This document shows, in pieces, positions 1 to 12,641 of a stretch of 64,000 nt of DNA. Position 1 is the stretch's first letter, and every line of letters starts with the position of its first letter. The stretch spans positions 12,958,001 to 13,022,000 of the forward strand of contig CM022679.1 of NCBI GenBank assembly GCA_012295275.1. Reading direction: 5' to 3'. The position numbers were made by a program, and so were the translations under genes. Under the pieces are notes generated by a model that was given only the letters and a program-made list of their open reading frames with translations, had not been told where the DNA came from and searched no databases. This DNA is from Chrysomallon squamiferum (taxonomy: Eukaryota > Animalia > Mollusca).

Positions 1-8
1 TTACCTAC

Positions 9-93
9 CTATAGTTACGTTAAAGGATGCACCAGATGTGAGGAAGAAAATCAAGAGGATGGTGAAGATGTTTTTTCTCCAACTGTGTTCCAT
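9..93 (-). CDS. First coding exon (signal peptide) of a probable tandem iGluR paralog; gene continues beyond the left edge
   Basis: Reads MEHSWRKNIFTILLIFFLTSGASFNVTI-G. Acceptor ttttcag at 102-103 and phase-1 donor G|gtaggt at 8. It has the same 85-nt length, phase and VxIG ending as exon 1 of the neighbouring iGluR. Candidate 5'UTR donors lie near 530, 1500 and 1750. Confidence 0.6.
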
Positions 94-659
94 TGTAATG
101 TCTGAAAATACAGTCAACAAATTATAGCAAACCCTGTGATAGTACATTCATACAGACAAATACACACACGCGCACACAGAGGTAACTAACTAAATAAAAA
201 AATAAATAAATAAAAAAATAAATAAAATTAATAATGAAAATTTGCATTTTCACTAATCAGATATATATAGTCTTTTGTTTTTCACTAATCGTTTTATATA
301 TTTATCTTTGTCTGGATTTTTTTAAACATTCATTCATTCATCCTCTGAAAAAAAGTAGGTACGGCAGTTTTGCTTGAATATATATTATATATATATTCTG
401 ATGAATAATTTTATATGTTATTAAAAATTCAATTTGCAGACACCTACACACCAAAAAAAACACGCGTTTCTATAACCGTGCAGAAAGAATGACGTCAATA
501 TTAAAGAAACAAAACTACTAAATCATTTACCCAGATATCTCTTCTCGTTAACGCTCAAAACCAATTTCTTATTAATGACAGTTATTTTTATTGTTCTTCC
601 ATTTTGTTCTGTTGTTTTTTTTCTCACACAAAAAAGGTGGGTACGACAGTTTTGCTTGA

Positions 660-1220
660 ATAATTCACTGATAAAACAAGATAAATTCATTATACTAAAT
701 ATAAGACTTAATTCGTTAGATAAAATATGTTAAAAGACTTATTTTATTAGATATTTTATATAAGATAGTTCACTAGACATAAGATTTAATTCACTAGATA
801 GATATAAGACTTAATTCATTAGATTATAATATAAGACTGTTTATACTAGTTACAAAATAACATAATTCTTATTTCACTGGATCTAATGCGATGTAAAATC
901 TGTTTCACTAGGTATTAGACAAATTTCAACAAATATAATATATGATTTATTTCATTAGATATGATATAATACTTATTTCAATATATATTAGACTAAATCA
1001 TTACAGATATAATAAGACTGTTTTCACTAGATATAGAATTACATAAGATCTATTTCATAAGGTATTAAATAATGCACCAAAATGTTTTCACTATATATAC
1101 TATGGTGTAACACTTTTTTCAACAGATATAATATAAAACTTAATTCATTAGATAAAAGATTTATTTCATTAGATATAAAATGATATAAAACTTATTTCAG
1201 TAACATAAGACTTATTGCAA
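660..1220. repeat. Degenerate AT-rich minisatellite (~25-30 bp unit, consensus ~ATTTCACTAGATATAATATAAGACTT)
   Basis: Recurring ttcactagat / ttcattagat / ataagactt modules. Confidence 0.7.
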
Positions 1221-1362
1221 TCGCCATACTCAACTTAATCATTTACGTTTTTGCCGTAAGGACATTTTGAAGACATAGTATTAAGAAATACAAAATCAAA
1301 GAGAGAAAAAAATAACACAATATCAAATAATAATAATAATAATAAATAATAATAATAATGAT

Positions 1363-1449
<87 letters not shown>

Positions 1450-3347
1450 TTTAAAAAAATAAAAAAAAAAAAAAATAAAAAGATGAGAAATAACAATTTA
1501 CCTGTCTCAGGTAAATAACCAAAAAATTCACGTAATTCTTACAGATATCTCATCAATATATATTCCTTCCTTTGTATCTCCTAAATGTTTTTAAAAGAAA
1601 TCATTTGCAACGGTATCCAAGAGATGACCATATTTACGTTAATATATATATATATATATATTTCTATATTTCTATTATTTGCAGGAAATCGCAGTTCTCG
1701 GTACATATTTGATAACACAAGCTATTATCATAAAATTATATGTAACATACCTGAAAGGGCGTGGTCTTCTTCCTCATTGAATCAACAGAAAATATTCACA
1801 ATCAGTTTTGATCCCACCAAAAAAAAAAAAAAAAAAAAACTCCAGATAACACACGGTTTTTTTCATTTAGATAATATTATGACAAATCTTCCTGAATGCG
1901 TATTTCTGTCGCGAATCAATAATGGCGAAGTGTTTCTGTTTATTCGGATATCGACGGAAACGAGGCAAATTCTTCGTTGTGTGGTGTGCCCAAGAAATAA
2001 CCTTTCTCGTTTTTGCGAATCGTAGAATCGGGCAAAACCGTCTACACCGGCTCGTCGTTTCATTTTAAAGCAAATAACATGAAAGAGGTCAAGAATATAG
2101 CATATCAGTGAAACGACTGAACTGTTGGCACAAACCAGTCGATAATCATTTCGTCCAGTTATTTAATGAAGCGTGCATGTAATGAATGTTTTAATTAAAG
2201 TCAATCGTTGGTTTTCCTTTGTTTTGTTTTAGTCGTATAATAGATGCAAAGTTTGTTTGCAATGTCCGTTTGTCTTTGTATCTGATTGTCTGTACGTTCG
2301 TCTGTTTTTCTATTTGTACGTATACCTGTCTGTCTGTTTGTCTCTCTTTGCCTTTGTCTGCCTATCTCCCTTCTGCCTAGCTTTCAATGGACTTTGTCTA
2401 TATTTATATGTCTGACTGTCTTTCTTTTTGTACATCTGTATATCTGTCTATCTCTCTGTCGGTGTATTCACATATCCATCCGTCTCATTATCCATCGGTC
2501 CGTTTGTCTGTCATTATGCCTATCTGTTATTCTGTCTATCTCTTTATCTGTCTGTCTGTTAGTATGTGTGTCACTCTCTATTTATCAATTTATTTGTCTG
2601 TCTATCTTTATGCCTGTAGATATCTCCAGCTCTCCATTTTTGTTTTTATTTTTGCATAAATTTTCAATTTGTAATGAAAATGTTGTAGGTTGTACTTTTG
2701 TATTTTTAGTATAGTCATCAATTTATTACAAAGTGTAGGATGTCTTTGTTTTGCTTTGGTTTTAAAGTCTTTGTTTAATATTTATATATTGATGTAACGG
2801 ATGAATGATCTGTTCTGATTCAGTGCACCCAAAACCTCAACTGAGGTTTTATATATATATAAAACTCTCGATGCATATTATAAGAAGATAAAAAAAACAG
2901 TCCTTCGTAATTAATGTACTATTTATCATCATTTACAAACGAAAATAATATATAAAAAGATTTGACAGTCAGCTCAAGGCATAAGTTTGAAAAAAAGGTC
3001 TGGAATATTGAATCCATTGACTATATCGAATTTCAAGTATCTGGTATGACATCTGGCACTTTCACACACACAGACACAGACACACACAAACACACACACA
3101 CACACTCACAAACGCATACACATGCGCGTACATAAACTCACACACAGGCATTACATACAATCACAAAAAAAATTAAAATGAAATATAATTCAGCATACTT
3201 AAAAAATAAAAACATAAATTTTAAAAATCAATAAAATCATTACCGTATTTATGACACAATAACCGCTGATTATTTAACGTAACGGCAATATCTATATTTT
3301 ATTTTATTTTAATTATTTTATTTTATTTTAATATTAATTTCTATAAA

Positions 3348-3398
<51 letters not shown>

Positions 3399-3753
3399 GT
3401 TGTTGTTGTTATTTTGTTTTGTTTACAGAAAAAAGTTTTGTATAAAGTTTAATTATTCAACTGCCTAATATTGATTATAAGAATATCATTTCTTTAGATC
3501 TGCTTTTATAGTGAATTCTTTCTTTCTTTTTGTTGCTTTTTATTCCTGTGTTGAAATGAGATACTGAACATATGTTTGAGATTTACAAACATATACTGCA
3601 GACAGTAAAGTGCATCACTGACTCGTGTAAACACTCTTATGATGTAAGTATTTATTTAGTGAGAAATGGCCATAAAAAAAGAAGAAGAAAAAAAGAAAGA
3701 AAGAAGAAGAAGAAACAACAATATTAATATGCATGTTATTAAATGAATATTGT

Positions 3754-3812
<59 letters not shown>

Positions 3813-4129
3813 TTATTTTTGGTTGTTTTCTTTATTTTTTCTTTGTTTCTCTTTTCGTTCTTTACTTCTTTTTTATTGATTCTTTCATTCTTTTATTGAT
3901 TTACAGTAAAGTTTAAAAAAATAATAGTAAAAAAAATTACAGAACAATAACAACAATAATAATCAATATAATCTTCCAACTAATATTTCTTTGGTTGTTT
4001 TTGACAATATACACATTTAATTATCAGAAGGCTGCAATGTATAAATATCTCCCAAGAGTATGACATAATGAATCTTCTGACTGAGAATTGCATAATATAA
4101 ATCGAACTATAGAATGAATTTTTGATAAA

Positions 4130-4181
<52 letters not shown>

Positions 4182-4844
4182 CAACAACAACAACAATAAT
4201 AATAATAGATAATTATCATGATAATTACAATAATGCTGATTATGGAAATAACAGTAGTAGGACGGTAACAGAAGTAGTAGAACTAGTAGCAGCACTCAGA
4301 ACACATATGATTAAGTTTTAATAATAATACTGATGCTGATGGTGAAAAAAAAGAATCTATTAAAGATCTAAAAAAGGAAAGGAGAAACAGTATTATGAGC
4401 TATACTACGATAAATCGACAATAACATTAATCTCTTTGCTGGTGCAAGAATTAATATGAAAACTAATAAACTTAATAACTGGTGAAGCGAGATCGCGGAC
4501 AATATGAGCTGCCTTAAACTGTCAAACAAAACCTTTGTTATCCAGTTAACGAAAAGTGCTTGACTCTAACAAGCAAACACAAACCTTTGTTACGGGTTAA
4601 CTAAACGTGCTCGACGCAAACAAACCACACAAAGCGTATTCCAAATACTTATATTTTATTTGTGCAATTACGGTATTTGGATCTCGTGCATTATTTAGAA
4701 GCATTTCATTGTTGCACCAAGCTACGCTGCGTGAACCATGACAGTTAATCACGTTTGAGCACCATTTGCTAGCGAATGACATTTGGCACTACATATTTCC
4801 CTCAGCTGTTGTTTCACGTAGAGGTTCATACCTGATTGGGTATT

Positions 4845-4879
<35 letters not shown>

Positions 4880-4989
4880 TTGATCTCGGTTTCTGATAGC
4901 AGCCACACATTAATATCACTGACGACAGACATAAAATTAGATATGCATGACTTTTTATTTTGTTTCTGAGAGTTCCTCTGGTGTATTCC

Positions 4990-5175
4990 AGAGGTGGAAC
5001 GATACCCCGAGGCGTTAAGGCTTGCAGGATCAATTATGGTCGGTGTATCCATTAGACAATATCCCGTTTCTAGTGCTGCTCCAGTGGTCTAAATGGGATT
5101 TGATACATGCTTTCCTGTCTTTGAAGAGCGGCATATTAAATATTTTCTCCAGATTATTAGTGATAGTAGCCCCTA
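4990..5175 (+). mobile_element. Degenerate tRNA-derived SINE fragment (head/core)
   Basis: aggatcaattatggtcggtgtatccattagacaatatcccgtttctag...tgctttcctgtct...gcatattaaatat resembles a gastropod SINE core recalled from memory, not searched. Related core pieces occur near 30095-30130 and 48445-48525. Confidence 0.4.
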
Positions 5176-6422
5176 TAAAGTTAACAATGCATTGATTATA
5201 ATTATTATTTTTGTTGATATTCTTCTTGTTGTTGTTGTTGTTGTTGTTGCTGTTTTATTATTATTATTATTATTATTATTATCATCATCATCATCATCAT
5301 CATCGTCATCATAATTATTATTATTATTTATTGTTGCTGCTGTTGTTATTGCAATTGTTGTTGTTGTTGTTGCTGCCATTGTTGTTTTTGATATGATTGT
5401 TTGGATATAATTATAGATTTCTTTTAATGTTCCATTATTGCAGTTTTCTACTACAAAGAACTTTGGTTACTAACCATGTATTTCTTTCATGTCAGTTCAG
5501 ATTTTCTTCTCATCTAGACTGAACAGAACAAAACGTTTTCATGTCGAAGCATGAATGTTAACATGAATTCAAAGATTATTTTATCTATCGTAAATTGGTT
5601 CTCGAGATTGCATAAGAAAAAAAAAAAAAAAATTGTAAAAATCATTAAATTTTTATTTCAGAATACTGATTTCAAATTACAGTAGCATACAAGTTTAAAA
5701 CTATATTGAATAACCCCAGTGTGTATTAATTTGATTTATGTTCAGAGAGGAAAGATGCATGTTGTATTTGTGTCTGTAGCTGTTATCATTGCTACTATTA
5801 ATTAATATTATTATTATTATTATTATTATTTGGCTTTGGTGATTATCAGATTTTTAAATGTTCAGCTTACATTAATTTTCCGTTATTGACTCGTTTATTT
5901 CTTTTGTTTGTTGTTCTTTTATTACAATTTACATTAAAAAAAAAAAAAAAAAATTTATGAAAGCCGTCAATGCTGTAGATGTTGCAGCAAGTTAACATAT
6001 TAACAGTCTCAGATCAGAGAATGAGTCACCACGTGCTTACATTCACTGAAAGTCCAGGTACATTTGTCACATGAAAACTATTCCACCATCCAGCCACAGT
6101 GTTCAAGACTGCAGTCTAAGAAGTACATTGTCACTTTTTATTATCGATCTCCAGTGAGAATTCAGTTACGTCTCTCCAGGGCACATTTTCCCGAGTATTG
6201 CAGCCAATGTACCCAACACAAGTTTAAGAATTATTTATAAATGCGATGTGAATCTTGACTGAAGAAACTTCAACTATGCTTGACCAGAGCCGAGCTTTCG
6301 TAGTATTGCGTTCAGTTATGTCCCGGGACAGGTTCTGAAAATTCAACCTCAGCAACAATTTGAAATATCACGGCCTTGCCACATAGGAGTATAATAATTT
6401 ATATTATATGATGATAAAATGG

Positions 6423-7909
6423 TTAATTTTGTTTGTACATCACGGAATTGCCACCGTTTTTGCCGCAGCGCCATTTTGTCAGTTGAAAAACGACGTGTTC
6501 TAACGCCAGACAAAATAGTGCGAAACCAGTTGATACCGAGAAGACGAGAAAAGGCCCAACCGTACTTTCCAGTTCCAGACTTTTCACAGTGTTTTTAACA
6601 AAATTGTTTGTGCAGATTTTATCGGTCGAGGAGAACCATTTCTGTTTCCATTTTTCAATCAGACCTGATTCCAGCAGCTTTATAATACTGAAATAAAAAT
6701 AGATTTAAATAGTAGAAATAATAATAATAATAATAAAATAATAATAATAATAATAATCGACATCATCATAACAGCAGGAGCAGAATTAACGGAGTTCAAA
6801 TAAAATATGAAAAAGAATAATACACCGTCTAACCTGGAAGGTAAATCAAAATTACAATTCGCTAAAACACGCGTAAGTGTAGTATTCCAAACATTACCAT
6901 ATTTGTGTATTGGAATTTTTGTAAAAGTAGCATTTAGAGCAACTGTCAAAATCTGTCTTCGATTATCATAGTTGTAAGAAAGATATTACGTAAATTCAGG
7001 CTAAAGTTCATCTATTATTAGATACGACAAAACTGACTCACTTGACGGAGAGTACTTCCAGGAGGGGCGATGACTCTGATACAACGAAAGCCAGACCTAC
7101 GACGTTGAAGGTTGAATCGGAGATCATGAGATTGTCGCAGTCCAGGGTTTTCATCAGTTTGAGCTGCATGGAATCGCTCATGTAAGCGTACTGCCCAGTC
7201 AACACCAGATCCAGCGCTGCACTGTTATTTGTAACCCGCGGCGATGACTGTAACATTTCCCAAATCCTTCGATGGGTTTTCGTTTCTCCTTTCTGAAACA
7301 AACACACGACATCTACTAATATATGCTGCATGTCAGACATTTCACAACTGCCTTATAGAAAAATCGACTGCATAAGGAACATGGGAACGTGAGGATCCTT
7401 TTCTCTCTGTTACCAATTTTAGCGAGTGCAGGATTTTTACTTCTTAAAAAAGCTCAGTTCAAAGTTACATTCATACTGAATGTTATATCAGCCGCACTTC
7501 TGATCCGTCCCTGTAGAAACCTTGCATATTAACATAATTTTACTAAACCAGTAAAACAAAAACAAATGTTAAAGAAACAATAAAAAAAAGTTAAGGATAA
7601 ATAAATAAATAAACAAACAAACAAACAAACAGGAAGAAAAACTACTAAAATTAGGAATAGTTTTTATTACAATTACGATTATTATATCAGTTTCATTATT
7701 TTCTGGAATACAGAAAATCTTTTCAGTCATATTCTCTTCTTTTCTGAAATTATGGTTCAGCTCCATGTACAACACCGTGATTCCTTTTGTCATGACTAAG
7801 GAGAAATACTTCCCATGATTTGCTTTTCAAACATTGATACTCTGATATTTCTTAAGACAAAATCATTTTTTGCTTCGAAAGATATCATCAATAAGTATTA
7901 TTTATAACA

Positions 7910-7997
<88 letters not shown>

Positions 7998-8906
7998 ATT
8001 TGTTTCTCTCTCTCTCTCTTCTATCCATCATTAATGAATTCCTAAGATTTTCAAACAAAAACGATTTTCAAACAAAAAAAAGAAGAAGAAAAGAAACAGT
8101 GTACAGGGAATTATAAATGTTAACTATACATGTTTTCATTTCGCCAATCGTGATCCGTAATATCAAACCTCTACTCATATCGTCCAGAGTATCGAGAATG
8201 ATACAAATAAAATAAATAAATAAATAAAATTTAAAATAATTACATAAACACAATAATAAAAATAAAAAAAGAAAAAAAGTTGGAAGAACTAAAACTGATG
8301 TGCTGCTATGAATCAACGCCAATGATATAAATGCTCGAATATAATCTATTTTGTAATTATGTCAACAAACGGTATTGAATAGCGTCAATAAAACCACTTA
8401 TGAAAGGCAAACAATGATTGATGCGGCGGCTTAGATCAACAAGATCGTCACCAGAGTTTGCTGATGGCCAATACTAGACATTGTGTGTTTAATACTCTTA
8501 ACCAAACACACATGTTCAAGTGGCAATTTACCTGCTTTCAGTTTCTCTTCTCGTTTATCTTACTTTTTTCTTCTTTTCTTTCAAAATTTATTTTTATCAT
8601 CACTATCATCATCATCATCCTCATTACAATGATCATCATTACCATCTTTGTCATCAGTATTATTATACAATTTGCAACATAACCAGAACCACTGTCATAA
8701 TCATCAATAACATTATCATTATTTTAATATCATCATCAGAATCATCATTATCATGATCCTCTTGGGATAAAGGCATTGCCGAAGTTTCTTTAAACATGTC
8801 ATTGTTGAGTACTTATTTTGCCTTTCATTTTTGTATGTATGTGTGTTTGTGTATGCGTGTGTGCATCTGTGTATGTGTGTATGTGTTTGCTTGAAGATGT
8901 TCACTA

Positions 8907-8939
<33 letters not shown>

Positions 8940-10925
8940 GTTGTTGTTGTTAATATGTCTTGCCTTGAACAGAGTTTCCAGATTCGATCCACTCTTCACT
9001 AGAGGTCTGATGCTGGACTGTTTAGCGAGATCTTCCAAAGAACGAATTGGTTCATCAGAGAAAGACACTGTCAAAAACGCTGCTAAGTTTGCCGTGTACG
9101 AGGCAACCATTAAAATGGTGAAGACCCACCAGAACCCCAGAATGAGCCGCCCTGATATATTAGCTGGCATTTTCTCGGCACCTGTTAAAATATAAATAAT
9201 AAAATAAACAAGTATCTAAAAATAAACAAGAGATAATGAAATAAAGATAAGGTATGACATTTTTTTATTGATTAATCAGTCAACTGAAAATTAAATAAAA
9301 TTACAAACCATCAGTAACAGAATTTGTTCGCTGGAATACATACTATCAAAAAACCTTATATAAATGGTATTATATATGTTAACTTGAAAAATATATTCAT
9401 ACCCTATTGTATACATTTTGACTAACCACTTTAACACAGGCTGTACTGAAGCATCAACGTTATAGCTAGTTACGAATGAATGAACTAAATACCTTGTTCC
9501 ATGTAAGATCCATACACGATCCACAGATTGTCTGCTAAACCTTTCGGCGTCCTGTTTGACGTGATATCGCTGTCGCCGCGACCACTCATCGGACTGAATC
9601 TGTTCACAATGCAAAGAGTCAGACCCACGGTGATGATGGACCCTGATATGAGAATCCACACGTCTCTGGAAAATGGCTTGAACGTTCTAAACATCTTGCT
9701 GTTCTTGTCCTCAAACCGTCTCATTATCAGCCCGGAGCCGTCCTCCATGAAAGGTTTCGTGAAGTCAATGACGGACTCTCGTTCGGCAGACAGACTGAAA
9801 GGACCAACTCCGAAGTCACAGTCCTGAAAGATACAGATAATCCATCTTATAATTCTGAAGAAATACAAAATTAAGGAATTTTTTTACAGAAGGATAATTC
9901 AAACTAATTTTAACTCCTGAACAGTAAAGGACAAATAAAATAATTCAAATTTCTTAATTAAGAGCAAAACAGAAATGATAGTATTCCTTAGATTAAAAAT
10001 CAGTAGGTGTCCTAAACGGAAATAAACACAAAATCGTAACATCTGAGACAAAATAAACAGGATGACTAAATCAGACGCAAAGGAAACGTAAATCAAACAG
10101 GAATCTTTTGTTTTCTGAATTTGTCCTTTCACGTAACTGTCCGTTTTGGTTTTGGGGGCCTATTTAAGTTGATTGTGCTCATATAAAATGTTCTGATATG
10201 AAATGTTCATACTCCTCTCACAGTCATGCCAACAATTCCGTTCCATGAACCATTCGCTGTAGAAGCACCCCAGAGTTTGTCAGCAGGAACCACAAGTTCG
10301 TAACTGAAAATAAAATTATAAAAATAAGCAGGATCTGGTGTCAGCTCTATTAATACTGAACATTAGAATTAAATTTTAACATCACTCACAGTCATTTTCA
10401 TTAATTATATATAATGTTTAAAGTAAAAATTAAATTAGTTTGATTCTATATACATTTATCTATATATATATATATACACACACATACATACATACATACA
10501 TTCATACATACAAGCATACATAATACATACTATACATACACACATACACACACATACATATGAGAGTGTATAGGTATGTATCAATAACTCGAGATAATGA
10601 CCCATAAACAATAAGAATACATTATAAATTGTATATTAGTGATGTCACTTACCGGAAACCTAGTCTGGCAGCCAGTTCGTTCAGAATGTCGATACACATC
10701 CCATACCACTCTCCATCAGCAAACACAGTGAACGGAGCAGCCTTGTTTTAAATGTAACAAAACCACAAACAACTTTAATACAGAACAAAACAGTTTGTAC
10801 ACGCTCATAGTAATAACACCATCAGCTATAGCAGTAGAAGGTGCAGTAATGGTAGTAGTAGTAGCAGGAGAAGCAGTAGTAATAGTAGTAGTAGTAGTTG
10901 TTGTTGTTGTTGTTATTGCAGTAGC

Positions 10926-10969
<44 letters not shown>

Positions 10970-11572
10970 AAGAAATAGTGGTAGTAACTGAAGTATTAAT
11001 AGTAGAAATAATAGAAGTAATAGCAGAAACGGCAGTAGTGGTAATGGTAATAGTAGTGGTAGTAGTAGTAGTAGTAGTAGTAATGGTGGTGTGATGGTAG
11101 TAAATCACTGGTAGAAACAGCAGTTGTAGTAGTGGTGGTAAAAATAGTTTTAACAGTTGTACCAGTAACATTATAATAATCACTGTTACGAAGGTTATTA
11201 TCATTAGCATAATTATATTAACCTTTATCATCATCATCATCATCATTATAGCTGTTATAAGTATAGTAATCATCCTGAAATGCATTAATATAAATTAAAG
11301 AAAATTAAGTAAGCAAACGTTTACCTCATTTATACCAATTCTAAAAGTCATATTGAGCAAGCCTTGATCTCTCTGGCTGAAAACATTTTTCAAAAACGCC
11401 AAACCATCGTCCACTTTCCAGCTGCCTACTGGGTCAAAGGTCAAGGACTCGTTTCGGAACATGACGTTATAGATACCGTATGTTACCTCTGTGTTGTAAC
11501 CATGTGAACCAAATGCAATAGGTGACACCATTGTCTTGTTTGTTGATACCTGAGATTTTGAGATATCAAAAC

Positions 11573-11621
<49 letters not shown>

Positions 11622-11815
11622 CAATTTTAATATAATGTATTGTCTAAAAAAAACCCAGGAAATTCATTATTTTCATTAAATACTGCTATATTTTGTGGTT
11701 AAAGGCTCGAGAATGTGTTTTTCTGTCTGTAACTATTAAGCAAATATTTATTTGTTCATTAAATATTACTTCGATTATAATGGGTTAACAAAATCCAATA
11801 CGGAGAACCACGTAA

Positions 11816-11896
<81 letters not shown>

Positions 11897-12597
11897 ATTT
11901 GTATTTTAACCATAATGAAGTGTGTGTATATATATTATTAGTAACATTCAGCTTCAAATAAAAGCATAATTATCAATTAATTATACATAATATTTTCAGA
12001 ATTGTTTAACGAATATATTCAGTGAATATAAAAGTATTCTACCTTGTCTATAACCTTTACAAGATGCTGGTATAAAGCTGACACTTCGATGTTTTTTCCA
12101 TTACAAGAAATAACATTTTTTGTACCCAAAGACGTGTTGCTGTGCAATACTGATTTATATAGCTCAGCCATGAATATGATGCTGTCAAATAGATAGGCTT
12201 CTGAAATCTGAAATAATTGTTTTGTCTTTTAAATATTGAAATCGGGAAAAATACAGAATATAGCATATCATGGATTTAAAAACCGTTTTCAGTTTTGAAA
12301 CCTATCTCCTTAAGTATGATATTTAGATTTATTTCATTAATGTTTATAACAAGATTTAATTATGTATCAAATGTGATGACCAAAGTTGTGATGAACCAGT
12401 CTTTGATAAAGACAAAGTCTAAAGTGTAGCTTTTAAGTGGCGTCATGAATAAATAGTCTAAAGAAATTGTGTATGCTTCCAAGTTATAAGTTTATTTTGG
12501 GGGGGCAAACTATAAACATTTTTCTTTTTCTTTTATTATTTTTTTTTTTTTTTTTTTTTTTTTGTTAATTTTCATTATTAATTAAGATGTGACGGTA

Positions 12598-12641
<44 letters not shown>

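Noticed and set aside
660-1220. Regularly spaced repeats that could be taken for a CRISPR array
   Set aside because: The units are degenerate with no unique spacers, the context is eukaryotic, and there are no cas genes.
2286-2714. 142-aa and 90-aa hydrophobic ORFs
   Set aside because: They derive from degenerate (TCTG/TCTA)n simple repeats.
6237-6340. Possible extra terminal iGluR exon after ttttcag (minus strand)
   Set aside because: Exon 13 already reaches a stop at 6423, and no convincing in-phase donor was found.
10716-11285. 189-aa poly-Thr 'mucin-like' ORF
   Set aside because: Trinucleotide microsatellite inside an iGluR intron. The same applies to the many poly-I/N/Y/ER/LS ORFs across the window.
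12057-12266. Apparent frameshift in iGluR exon 6 / supplied ORF
   Set aside because: Using the upstream acceptor (12207) gives an intact 165-nt exon (ISEAYLFDSII...VISCNGK); the supplied ORF is in the wrong frame.
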